NCBI RefSeq assembly: GCF_009914755.1
Contig: NC_060925.1
DNA from: the human T2T-CHM13v2.0 reference genome, Homo sapiens
Direction: 5' to 3' (one strand)
DNA length: 64,000 bases
Shown: positions 42,215 through 55,624 of the stretch, piece by piece
Numbering within the stretch: the stretch's first letter is position 1
Layout of the letters: the number at the start of each line of letters is the position of its first letter
Program-made: the position numbers and the translations under genes
Notes under the pieces: model-generated
The model's input: the letters and a program-made list of their open reading frames with translations, nothing else
Database searches by the model: none
Told to the model about the DNA's origin: nothing

Positions 42215-43730
42215 CAATTTCTTCCTAAATATTTTATTCTTTTTGACGTTATTGTCAATGGGATTGTTTCCTTAATTTTTTGGATAGTTTGTTGTTAGTA
42301 TATGGAAATGCAACTGATTTTTGTATGTTGATTTTGCATTTTGCATACTTTAGTGAATTTGTTTATTAATTCCAACAGTTTGTTTTTGGTGGAGTCTTTA
42401 GGGTTTTCTATATATATGATCATGTCATAGGCAGAGACAATTTAACTTCATTTCCAATTTTGATGCCTTTTATTTCTTTTTCTTGCCTAATTAGTCTGGC
42501 TAGGTCTTCCAGTACTCTGTTGAATAGAAGTGTCAAGAGTGAACATCCTTGTCTTTTTCCTGAGTTTATAGGAAAATCTTTCAGTTTTTCATCATTAAGT
42601 ATAACGTTATTATATATATTATTTATTATGCTGAGAAAAATTCCTTCTATACCTAGTTTATGCAGTTTTCTTAAATCATGAAAGGGTGTTGAATATTGAC
42701 AAATGTCTTTTTCTGCATCTATTAAGATGATCATATAAATTGTATCCTTCATTTTGTTAATGTGATATATCACAATTATTGATTTATATGGGTTGAACCA
42801 TCCTTTCAACTCAGAAATAAATCCTACTTGATCATGGTGTATGATTTTTTAAAATGTGCTGTTAATTTGTTTTGCTAGTATTTTGTTGAGGGTTTTTTCA
42901 TGTATGCTCATCAGGAATTGTATTAGTCTGTTCTCATGCTGCTAATAAAGACATACCCGAGACTGGGTAATTTATAAAGAAAGAGGTTTAATTGACTTAC
43001 AGTTCCACATGGCTGGGGAGGCCTCACAATCAAGGTTGAAGGCCAATGTGAAGCAAAGTCACGTCTTAAATGGCGGGAGGCAAGAGCGCTTGTGCAGGGG
43101 AACTCCCATTTATAAAGCCATCAGATCTCATGAGACTTATTCACTACCATGAGAAAAGTATGTGGGAAACTGCTCCCCTGATCCAATTGTCTGCACCTGG
43201 CCCCACCCTTGACACTAGAGGATTATTACAATTAAAGGTGAGATTTGAGTGGGGACAGAGCCAAACCATATCAGGGATATTGACCTTTAATTTTCTTTTC
43301 TTGTAGTGTCTTTATCTGACTTTGGTATTATGGTAATGCTGGTCTCATAAAATGAGTTTGGACTCAAATAACCCTTCAATTTTTGGAAAGAATTCAGGAA
43401 GGATTGATATCTTTTTATGTTTGGTAGAATTCACCAGTGACACCATCTGGTCCTGAACTTTTCTTTGTTGGCAGGTTTTGATTACTGATTCAAGCTCTTT
43501 ACTCTTAGTTTCATTGATTTTTTCCTACTGTCTTTCTAGTCTCTATTCTACTTATTTCTGCTCCAGTCTAAATTGTTTTCTTCCTTCTGCTGACATTGAG
43601 CATAGTTTGTCTTCTTTTCCCAGTTTCTTGAGTTGTGAAGTCAGTTTTTTGAAATCTTTGTTTTTTCTCAGTGTATAGACATTTATCACTATAAACTTCC
43701 CTTTTAGAACTGATTTGCTCTATCTCATAA
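42215..43730 (-). mobile_element. L1 (L1MA9/L1MB-like) inverted 5' segment, ORF2
   Basis: Minus-strand ORF 42420-42809 GWFN...IDAEK...[32 protein letters not shown]; interrupted by THE1. Confidence 0.9.
42919..43273 (-). mobile_element. THE1C-like MaLR solo LTR inserted in L1
   Basis: tgtattagtc...ccaaaccatatca; 5-bp TSD ggaat/gggat. Confidence 0.95.
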
Positions 43731-45092
43731 TAAGACATTTATGAAAGAACTGAAGAAGAACACAAATAAATGGGAAGATGTTCCATGTTCATGGATTGAA
43801 AGTTAATATTGTTAAAATGTGCATACTACCCAAAGCAATCTGTAAATTCCACTACCCAAAATGATCTACAGAGTTAATGCAGTTTCTTTCAAAATTTTAA
43901 TGTTGTTTTTCACAGCCATACAAAATATTCTAAAATTTGTTTAGAACCAGAAAATTTGTTTAACCTAAATAGCTAAAACAGTCTTGAAAAAAAAGAAGAA
44001 AGCTGGAGGCATCACACTCCTTAATTTCAAAATATATGACAAAGCTGTAGTTATCAAAACAGTATAGTACTACCATAAAAAGAGACACATATGAATATGT
44101 GTCTGCCAACGAAGCAGAATAGAGAGCCTAGAAATGGATCCGTACATATCTGGTCAACTAACCTTTGACAAGGGCACTACGACTACACAATGGAGAAAAG
44201 ATAATCTCTTCAATGAATGGTGTAAGGAAAACTGAAAATCAAAAAATCAACAACATTTTAAAAATGAAATCAGACCCTTATTTTACAACATGCATGAAAA
44301 GTAACTTTAAATTGATTAAATACTTACATCTTTAAGTCTTAAAGATCTAAAACCATAATACTTCTAGAAGAAAACATAGAAAAAAAATCTCCTTGACTTT
44401 GTTCTTGGCAATGTCTTTTTTGATATGACATCAAAAGCACAGGCAACTAAAACAAAATTAAACAAGTGGGACCATCAAACTGAAAAGCTTCCACATAGCA
44501 AAGGAAATAATCAAGAAAGTGAAAAAACCATACATGAAATGAAAGAATATATTTGCAAACCAAACATCTGATTAGAGATTAATATTCAAAATATAAAAGG
44601 ACCTCACACAACTCAAAACAGACAAAAATATAACAAAAAATTTTAAAAAGGATCAAAACACCTGAGTAAATATTTTTCCAAAAAGATGGACAAGAGGTAT
44701 GTGAAAAGATGCTTAACATCACTAAACATTAGGGAAATACAAATCAAAACCACAATGAGATATGTTCTCTTACCTATTAGGATTACAGTTATCAAAGAAG
44801 ACATAAGTGTTGGCGAGGGTGTGGAGAAAAGGGTACTCTTGGGCACTATTAGCAGGAATGGAAATTAGTACAGTCATTATGAAAAAACAGTGTGGAGGGG
44901 CCCCAAAAAATTAAAAATAGAACTACCATACAGTCCAGCAATTTCACTTCTGGGTATATACTCAAAGGAAATGAAATAGATATCTTGAAAATATATGTCT
45001 GCAGCCCCATGTTCATTGTGACATTATTTACAATAGTCAAGATAGGGAAACAGCCTAAATGTCCATCAACAAACGAATGGATAAAGGAAAAT
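43731..45092 (+). mobile_element. L1 ORF2 3' portion (sense segment of the inverted element)
   Basis: cacaaataaatgggaagatgttccatgttcatggattg...aaagctggaggcatcacact...caaatcaaaaccacaatgagata...gaatggataaag. Confidence 0.92.
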
Positions 45093-45135
45093 CTTAAATT
45101 GAAAAACATATTCCAATATAGAAAAATGGATCTTC

Positions 45136-45477
45136 GCTGGGTGTGGTGGCTCACACCTATAATCCCAGCACTTACAGGTTGGCAAGGTAGGCAGATAGCT
45201 TGAGGTCAGGAATTTGAGACCAGCCTGGGCAACACAGTGAAACCGCATCTCTACAAAAATACAAAAATAAGTCAGGCATAGTAACGGGTTCCTGTACATA
45301 GTCCCAGCTACTTAGGAGACTGAGGTGGATGGATTGCTTGAGCTTGGAATTCAAGGCTGCAGTGACCCACGATTGTGCCACTGCACTCCAGTCTGGGTGA
45401 CAAAGCAAGACACTGTCTCAGACCAAAAAAAAAAAAAAAAAAGAGAGAGAGAGAGAGAAAAGAAAGGAAAAAAAAAG
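45136..45477 (+). mobile_element. AluJ (Jb-like) with A/(GA) tail
   Basis: Dimeric Alu; imperfect TSD aaaaatggatcttc / aaaaagtatcttc. Confidence 0.93.
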
Positions 45478-46540
45478 TATCTTCAAGTTATATATTCAGC
45501 AGTTCATCTATTCAAAGCCATGGCTTAATAGCTCATGTACATAAATTACTTTCTATCCTTTCTGTCTCTGAATTTCTTCACCACTTGTAAAACTCTTTAT
45601 ATTTACTCTCAGAGATGGTAACCTTCAGAAATGAAGTCTTGGAAGTTCAGTATTTAAACACTGAATTGTGAATTAATTTTTCTTTTCCTCCTCACATCTT
45701 AATTGGGGCTATACCTATATATATAGAGAGATATCCTACATGAAAATATCACATATGTCTATGAATTTGCATATACGATATTAAGGGAGCATAAAAAAAT
45801 TACATTAATAATTTTCCTTCTTTTCAAAGATGCCACTAAATAGGCCACCAGAGAGTATCAAGTGAATGAAATCAACCACTCACATAGGTTTCTCAGAGTC
45901 ATTGGGCTTTTATTCATTTAAGGCTGATGTCATATCTATTCTAAGGAATCTCTTACAAGCATACACCATGAAACTAGCAGCAATATGGTCTTGAGCAAGA
46001 CAGTTTGGTTCTGGAGACTTCAGGTTTTTTCCTAATAAAATGAAATGTATGTAAGTATATATAAAATAATGTACTAACCTGTCCAAAAAATCAAAGAGTC
46101 TATTCAAGAGACACCTGTGATGGATTTCTTTTTAAATCTGTTTGCAAAGAAAATATTTTAAAATGTTTAATTTAATATTTTATTTTAAAATGTATATATG
46201 CACATTTCATATCACTTAACTCACCTACATAAGCTTTTAAAATACATTATTAAATCATAAACTTTTATTTTTAATGAGCTATATAATTAAAATTTGTTAT
46301 AAGATTACATTTCCTGGATTTTAAATATTAGTTTAACCTCTGCACTTGGCAACATGTCTACTCACAGTAGTTTTTTCCCCTGTTTTTTAAAAAGTCACAG
46401 TACTTTAGAAACGCTGAATTAACATTAAAGGGAAAAAAATGAAATCCTCCTTTGATCTAACCTTAGAATAATCCCAAAGGTTTGTCTTAACATATGCCAG
46501 AACAGAATTATTATATTTTATATACAAAAATGAATCAGAA

Positions 46541-46700
46541 AGCCAGGTGCAGTGTCATGCATCTAAAGTCTCAACTACGAGGGGGGTTGAGGCAGGAGGA
46601 TTGCTTGAGCCCAGGAGTTCAAGGCTATGATTGCCACTCTGAATACCAACTACATTCCAGCCTTGGCAACCTAGCAAGACCTCATCTCTAAAACAAACAG
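46541..46700 (+). mobile_element. FAM (fossil Alu monomer)
   Basis: Monomer retaining the 7SL-derived segment ctctgaataccaactacattccagcc (consensus ctgtgaatagccactgcactccagcc); imperfect TSD with core aatcag. Confidence 0.75.
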
Positions 46701-47592
46701 GCCCAAAAAACTAATCAGGAAAACATTCACATACAAGGCCTTTTATAATATATAAGCCTTGAAAATGTCAAAAAATTAAATTTTACTTTTGAACCAGAAT
46801 GCTCTTGGAAAAAAGTTCATATTCTTTTGTTTATTTTTTCACATAAAATAATAATTGTGGACATTTTCTTGGTCCTGCCTGTTCATTTTGGAAAAAAAAT
46901 TAAGTTCAACCTCATAAATTTCCTCTTGGACCTAACATAATTATTACCGAGATATTTTGATAGATGGCAGTTTGAAAAGCTTAAATGATTCATCTAACAT
47001 GACACAGAAGTCTGTATGAAGTCTGAGAATACAATTCATATCACTGGGGTAATCATTAAGAAATTTCTCTATCTTTTATTTTAAAATGGATTTTAGTTTG
47101 CTAGCAGAATCAAACCACTTGTTATAAGTCATTTGTTGAACATGCACTGTTTACTTGATACTTGAATCCATCTCCCTGACTTTTCAAATAGAATCTAAAC
47201 TTTTAATTCTCTTTCTTCAGTCAATTTAAATACACTAGCCTTCATTATAATGTTCTGAGTATATACATGATAGACATTCACTGGTGACCACGGAGTATCT
47301 ATGTATTTTAAAAAGCCTTTGCCTAAGACATAGTGGCAAGCTCCTTCTCCAATTACTTTTGCTTCTGCCCATCTTACTAAATTGTAATAAAGCACCCAGG
47401 TTTTCATGTTTAACTATCCTTGACTTTAGCCCTATTCACTCTGTCTTCAGCCCCTGCCTTACTGCTTAACAAATACTAAGTGCCAAATAATTGTTTGTTC
47501 AAAATCTAGAAAGTGGAGAAAACAAATTAAAACAGTAAAGCATTTCACGAAGTATATTTCTAAGAGATAACCAAATTTAACATTACGTTTAA

Positions 47593-47798
47593 TTTAACAA
47601 AAATATATAGTTTCAAATAGCTAGAAGGAGGGAATGAATGTTCTCAACAAAAAGAAATGATAAATGTTTCAGATGACGGATATGCTATTTACTCTGATCT
47701 CATCACTATACATTATATGCTTTGAAACATCACTATCTACCCCATGAATGTGCACAATTATAATATGTCCATTAAAATAATAAAATGAAAGAAAAAAT
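47593..47798 (+). mobile_element. L1MA6-8-like 3' end
   Basis: caaatagctagaaggag...aaagaaatgataaatgttt..gatgacggatatgcta...taccccatgaat. Confidence 0.85.
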
Positions 47799-48365
47799 GG
47801 CTTAAAGACAAAAAATGTTGTAAAAATTTAAGATTTTTGGTCTAATTTATATATGTATATATATGTATACATTTTGTATACATTACAATGAAATACTTTA
47901 TTTTATAATCTTCCTGATTCCTATGAGATATAACAAATACCTTATTAAGAGAATTTAATTGTTATCAAAAACTTTTTGGACACATTTAATAGTCCCAATA
48001 TAATAGTTCATTAAGTCCTTCTGAAGAAGAAAATAATTACTACTTTTAATCATTCATGAATGCATTCAACAAATGTATTAAGTACTATGTGCCAATATAC
48101 TTGAAAAATGCAATTTATTCACATTTTCATAGTTTTGTTTACAAGATAAAATATTTAAAAAACAATTTGAAACAATATTAACTTGTTTAAATAAACTACA
48201 TTTTACTGAATTCTGTGCAACCTTAAAATTTATGTTAATAAATAATTGTTTATAATGAATTGTTAATTGAAAGAAAGTATAAACACTCTATTTGGATCTT
48301 AGTAGTATTTTAATTATTTCTGTAGCCATAATATATAAAGATAGCAAAAAATTATATATTGATAA

Positions 48366-48665
48366 TTTTTTTTTTTTTTTTTTGGAGACGGAGTCTCGCT
48401 CTGTCACCCAGGCTAGAGTGCACTGGTGTGATCTTGGCTCACTGAAACCTCCGCCTTCCAGGTTCAAGCAATTCTCCTGCCTCAGCCTCCTGATAGCTGG
48501 GATTACAGGCCCACACCACCACACACAGCTAATTTTCTTGTATGTTTAGTAGAGACAGAGTTTCACCATGTTGACCAGGCTGGTGTCAAACTCCTGACCT
48601 CAGGTGATCCACCCGTCTCAGCCTCCCAAAGTGCTGGGATTACAGACGTGAGCAACTGCGACTGG
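48366..48665 (-). mobile_element. AluS (Sx-like)
   Basis: Poly-T followed by a full reverse Alu with ctcctgacctcaggtgatcc. Confidence 0.95.
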
Positions 48666-50974
48666 ATAAATTATTCAAATGAAATATTACTTCTTATGTA
48701 TGAAATGAATAGATGTGATGTTTGCCTGAAACTGCCTATTTGCTCATTCAAATATATTTAAGGAACACCTACAATGTGTTAGACCCTCAGTTCTGCCTCC
48801 GATTCCATAACTATTGCCTGAAAAATTTAAAGTTAGATAATATATTTTAATAGGAGAAAAGAGATATAAAATTAGTATGCATGATAGCAATTTTACGTTA
48901 AAAAGAAATTAATATTACAGTGCATATTAATCTTATCAGTATCATACACATTTAAATATTCCCTGTTATTTTTTCAAAATAAAATTTTATTTAGTTATCC
49001 ATAGTTACTAGGAGAAATTGTCATCCAATTTGGAGTAGCAGAGTGATCAGCATTATGTGTAGACAGAATGATTCTTTTGGGAAGAGATTATTTACCTGAG
49101 CCGATCATCTTTAGTGTGATTTACTCTACACCATTTTTTATACCCATCCAATATTTAAAAAACAAAATACAGACGTTTGTTCTTTCTGGGCAGATTATTA
49201 TGTGAGCTATTTTTATGTTTAAGTGTTTTTGCCTCAAAAGGAATTATAAAATAGATTTTAGTAGTTTTCCAGTAAATCATCACATTTTAAAAAGGTATTG
49301 GACATTTTGATAGAGTTGCAGATGAAATGGGATTGACCAGTTTCCATTTAATGGTGCACACACACACACAAAGGGCAATAGCCTCAGAAGATAAAAGCTG
49401 AAAGTGGAAATGATTGAAGTCCAAAACATTCTGAGGGATGTGTATACAGTAACTTCAGATCTTTTTATTTGATCTCTAATTACTAGAATAAGGGTGACTT
49501 TTCACACTTGAAAGTGATTATAAACATATGAAAGTCATTTCCCAGAAAGGTGATGTTGTTCAAGAATAGTTCAGATAAATTAATTGATGGCAGATGCATG
49601 TCAGCTTGTCAAAGGAAGTTAGAAATCTTCAATGTAACATTTTGAGAGCTCACTTACTGGAATGCGTAAATGATTGATCTGCTCCAGGATGAGATTTTTC
49701 TCATATTTTCACAATTTTACTGGTAATAGAGACAGTTAATGTTTCTTGTCAATTTATTCCAATAATTTTGTGGCAGCAAATTATTTGTTACACTGCTAGA
49801 GAGTCATAATCCTAGTATTTTCCTCCCAAATCCAAAAGCAGCCTTTAAAGGAGAGTAAAGACTCAGCATCTCACAGGTGCCAGGGTCTTATTTCTTGAGT
49901 TAATGTGAAGGAAGTAGCTTCTCTCGTGTCATTTGCGTTTTTGAGACCTGACATTTTCTCTGCTCTAGCCTAAGAGCATGAGCAGTTTTCCTTGGGAAAG
50001 ATGCCCAACCATGCTGACCCATCCCTCATTCAGGGCGATTTTCTGTCTTGAACCAACTTTTTTTACTTTTGTGTTTTAAGATACTCATAGACACAGAATT
50101 TATACTTTGTACCACATCACTTTTTGTACATTATTTCTACTTCCAATAATAATGTTGTCAATATATGTATACATGTATGTATATATCACCATGGTAACGG
50201 ACTAACAGAAATCCTTTCTTAACTGACAATTAGTTTATTTGTGTGTGTTTTTTTTCATTCTATTCAAATCATAAGCTTCTTTTAGAGGAAACATCTCTTA
50301 CAGGTCTAGAACTCTCTTATATAAGTAGTTCTTGAAGGAATATTGAATGCATCAGGAGGCTAAAAGCTAGATTTTTGTTATGCCTCTCTTTCAAGACTTT
50401 GACCAGGCCACTCATGATTTCTGGATATTAGCATCTACATTTTTAACATGAAAGTTTTAAATTATATGATCTCCAAAGTCACTTTCTTTCTAAGACTGTA
50501 TGACTTTGTTATTCTAAGGAAATTCCAAAATATTTGCTGTACAGTGAGACCAGGAATGATAACTCTGGGAAAAGGAAAATCAGTGAATAAAGAGGTAGAT
50601 TTATTTAGATGAAAATACGTCATCACATAACATAGTGTACCATAAAAAGACTTTTATGCTCCTACTGTTGCCTAAGAAGGGGGTATTAATTGAAGAACTC
50701 TTGGGAGAATAGGATTTTGAAACTTTACTAAGAAGAATGTAAAACTTCTTTCTTACAAAACCAGTAAGTTCAGGGTAGAATTATCCTCTTCATTATCATT
50801 TTGATACTGGTTTTAGCAGTACTAATTAGATCTTGGTTATGTATTTATTAATTTAATTTGATACATAGATGATTGTGAATTTTTTTCACTTCAAAACTCA
50901 CAGACAACTTCAACTAATGTTGAATGCCAAAGTGTAAACGTTGATCGTGTGACAAATGTAAATTGATTCATGAG

Positions 50975-51215
50975 GAGAGACTGTGGTTTGGTGCAAAGAA
51001 AGTGTTCTGGAATTGGAAGATCTGGATCAGACTCAGGCTCTGTCAGATAATGGCTGTATCATCTTTGAAAAGTTAAGTAACTGTCTGGGGCTCTGTCTCT
51101 TTGTCTACTATATGATGATAAAAATACCTAATTTACACTGTTACTCTGAGAAGTAGATGCTAAGTAAAAAGACCTTAGACAAATTCTTATCATATGGTAA
51201 ATACATAGTAGTGGT
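50975..51215 (+). mobile_element. MIR
   Basis: ctggaattggaagatctgg...ggctctgtca...aagttaagtaactgtctggg...gataaaaataccta. Confidence 0.65.
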
Positions 51216-51233
51216 TTAAAAAATCAAAAAAGA

Positions 51234-51379
51234 GGCTTGATGCAGTGGTTCACACCTGTAATCCCAGCACTTCGGGAGGCCAATGTGGGAGGATTGCTTA
51301 AAGCCAAGAGTTCAAGGCCAGCCTGGGCAACAAAGTGAGACACACTGTCTGTACAAAAAACAAACAAACAAACAAAAAA
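51234..51379 (+). mobile_element. FLAM_C-like Alu monomer
   Basis: Single left-arm monomer with an (AAAC)n tail. Confidence 0.85.
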
Positions 51380-51674
51380 GGAATAAAGTTTTACAGAGGT
51401 AATATTTGGAAGTGAATTTTTAATTCAATTATGACTGGATTTTTGTGCTTATTTTTGCTTGTTTTTGTGTAGTCTACATAATGGTGACATCTTTTTTCAG
51501 GCAAAACAATCTACTAATGAAATCAGAAGGATTTCCAGTGATGCTGCCCACATTTCTGTGAAAAAGAGGAAGTTTTTTAAGTCAGATGGAAGTTACACTT
51601 TTTCAAAAAAAAAAATATGCAGGGAAGAATAACTCTCTCTCATCAATGTGGTAGGAAAATAAAATATATTAATA

Positions 51675-51930
51675 GTTAATAAGTAACATTTGTTGAGAAT
51701 TTATAATATCCTAGTTGAGAATTTATAATATCCTAGATATTATGCTATGCTGTTTATATGCATTATTTCAAAAATACTCACAATTATGAGTTATGAATGA
51801 TCCTTATGCCTATTACAATGATGACAATTCTGAGGCTTAGGTTAAATAATTGCAAGAGTTCACAAAAGCAGCAAAGGATTGGAACCAAGACTTGAATGCA
51901 GATGACCTGACCCAAAGCCTATGCATGTAA
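51675..51930 (-). mobile_element. MIR with an internal 22-bp tandem duplication
   Basis: taacatttgttgagaattta...ctgaggcttaggttaaataattgcaagagttcaca...ctgacccaaagcc. Confidence 0.7.
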
Positions 51931-51950
51931 CAGTTTTTTATATTGATGTG

Positions 51951-52479
51951 TGTAACGGTTAACTTTATGTGTCAACTTGACTGTACCAGGGGGTGCTAAG
52001 ATTAAATATTATTTCGGGGCGTGTCTGGGAAGACATTTCTGGATGAGATTAGCATTTGAATTAGTGGACTCAGTAAAGTAAATGTTCCTCCCCAGTGTGA
52101 GTGGTCATCATTCAATCCATGGAGGGCCTAAATAGAACAAAAAGGCAGAAGAAGGTGAAATTCACCCCTTTTACTTCCTGCCTGCCTGCTTGAGCTAAGC
52201 CATTAGTCTTCTCCGATTCTTGTACTGGGATTTACATCATTGACTTTCCTGGTTCTCAGGCATTCAGACTCAGACTGGAATTACGCTGCCGGCTTTCCTG
52301 GGTCCTCAGCTTGCAGAGGGCAGATCATGGGACTTCTGTGTTTCCATAATTGTGTGAGCCAGTTCCGAATAATAAATCTCTCTCTCTCATGTGTGTGTAC
52401 GTATATATATATATGATGGATATAGATATGGAAACATATCCTATTGGTTTTGTTTCTCTGGAGAACCCTTACTAATGCT
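51951..52479 (+). mobile_element. MLT2 (ERVL) solo LTR, complete
   Basis: tgtaacggttaactttatgtgtcaacttgac...aataaatctc...cctattggttttgtttctctggagaaccctt. Confidence 0.92.
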
Positions 52480-52534
52480 ATGCTTCTTTGCATCACTGAT
52501 AACTAAAATTTTATTTTATTCCCTCTGTGTCTCT

Positions 52535-52700
52535 AATTTATGAAAACTTGGACAAGTTAAATGACTACACAAACCCTGAGTTTCCTGAAGTGCTAAAAAG
52601 TGAATAATTACACCTATCTTATAGAGTTGTCGTAATGGCTAAAAAAGAAAGAGAATGAATATAAATTGCTTAGCAATATGTCTGGTGCATAGACTGTGTA
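52535..52700 (+). mobile_element. MIR
   Basis: acttggacaagttaaatgac...ctgagtttcct...aataattacacctatcttatagagttgtcgtaa. Confidence 0.65.
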
Positions 52701-53826
52701 ATAATTGAGACCATCATCTGAGAACGTGGACAGTGTCATATACCCTTTAAAAGCAGCAGAATTGGGACATACAAATGAAGGAAGAAGGCAAGAACAAAAT
52801 TGACTGTTATCAGGCACTTACTACAGCATTAGGGTAAATGACTTCTTATCAATGTAGCTGATAATGTCTCTTGTTTAAAAGCTTAGCTTTGTGACTAGAA
52901 TAAAGAAAAGCTGATACCACTTAGCAATTATTTAGGTACTTTCTACAAGGGAATCTCTAAACTACTTAGAAGGACATGGAGCATTTTGAGACACATAGAA
53001 GGAATTTAGCCAACCTAGACAATGGGGGAAGAGAAATATTTTCCAGGATAACATAAGGACATTTTCATAGCAACACTTGGCCAAGGGTTTCTATCAAAAC
53101 ACCAAATAATAATATAAAAATTCAGATCATAAGTTCTATGTGGTATTTGCAATTCTGAAATATATTGCTATAGAAACTAACAGGTAGTATGCTCTCTGAC
53201 TCATTTTAATTGTGTTGGCTCAGAACCCATTCAGGCACCATTGTAAATTGATATATAGCTGTGAGGTAGCCTGTAAGACTGTCAAGATTCTCATATTCAG
53301 GGTGGGCAAAACCTTATGATCAAAATTCCCAAATAATTTTGTTTGACTGAAAAAACCTTCCTATTTGTGTGTGTTGCAACTTACTTTTTTACCACATAAT
53401 TACAGAAAAAAGCTAACTTTGAAATGTGAAGTCATATGAGTTCCTCAGGATTTTCTCGGGACTATCATTGGCTTTACGCAGATAGAGAAAATTTATTGCG
53501 TTCATCTTCTGTATCACTTCTCAGCCCTATCTGCAAACATATCTATTATCCAAAACAATAAATGATCTTTATTATTAAAGAAAGTCAGATATGGCAAGAC
53601 TTCACAACTTGAAGCTGATTTAAGGGTCTTATAGCCTGTTAAACCACTTTGTTGCAAGTAAAGTCTTTTAAAAACCATAATCTGTGTTTTGGCTATCAGA
53701 AGCAAATGTTATTACATATAGTCCATCATGAGAAACCAGTGAAAATTAGTGGGATAGTCTACTTATTGTTTTGTTGTATGCCTCTTAAAAATATAATGAG
53801 TTTCAACATTTTTATAAATAGTACAT

Positions 53827-54280
53827 TGTGATGGTTAATTTTAGCTGTCAACTTTATTAGGCCACAGGATGCCCAGATATGTCATTAAATATTATTTCTG
53901 GGTGTGTCTATGAGGGTGTTTCTGGAAGAGATTAGCATTTGAACTTCTGGATTAAATGAAGCAGATAGCCTTCTCAATGGAGGTAGGTAGCATCCAATCT
54001 GTTGAGGGCCTAAATAGAACAAAAAGGTGGAGGAAGGTTAAATTCCCTCTCTGCCAGACTGTTTGAGCTGAGACATCAATCTTCTCCTGTCCGTGGCACT
54101 CCTAGTTTTCAGACCTTCAGATTTAGACTGGAATCTACACCGCTGGCTCTCTAGCTTTCAGGCTTTCAAATTAAACCACAGGCTTTCCTCGGTCTCTAGA
54201 TTACAGATGGCAGATCATGGGACTTCTTAGTCACCATAATTGCCTAAGACAATATTTTATGATAAATTCATTTCTAGGGA
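53827..54280 (+). mobile_element. MLT2 (D-like) LTR lacking its terminal ~40 bp
   Basis: tgtgatggttaatttt...gagattagcatttgaa...cagatggcagatcatgggacttct. Confidence 0.9.
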
Positions 54281-54283
54281 TTC

Positions 54284-54317
54284 TGTGTGTATGTGTGTGT
54301 GTGTGTGTGTGTCTCTG

Positions 54318-54348
<31 letters not shown>
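54284..54348. repeat. Compound (TG)n(TC)n(TA)n microsatellite
   Basis: Directly visible. Confidence 0.93.
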
Positions 54349-55407
<1,059 letters not shown>

Positions 55408-55481
55408 TATAAACCATAGGTATAATTCAATTTAAATTTAAATTAAATCTATAGTTAACACGTTTGAAACATTGATTATTT

Positions 55482-55624
55482 GTTTATTTTTTATAATTTT
55501 TAAAAATAGAGACGTGATCTCACTGTGTTGCTTAGGCTGGTCTCAAACTCCTGAGTTCAAGTGATCCTCCCATCTTGGCCTCCCAAAGTGCTGGGATTAC
55601 AGGTGTAAGCCACTGTGCTAGGCC
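55482..55624 (-). mobile_element. FLAM_C-like Alu monomer
   Basis: Reverse monomer; TSD aaacattgattattt / aaacattggtaattt. Confidence 0.88.

Noticed and set aside
45092-47798. Orphan L1MA 3' end at 47593 as the missing tail of the inverted L1
   Set aside because: It is 2.5 kb away, the intervening 3'UTR is absent and no TSD links it to 42215. This cannot be supported without alignment.
51951-54280. Two same-orientation MLT2 LTRs as a possible provirus
   Set aside because: The LTRs differ in internal structure, and the 1.3 kb between them holds a MIR and unique DNA rather than ERVL internal sequence.
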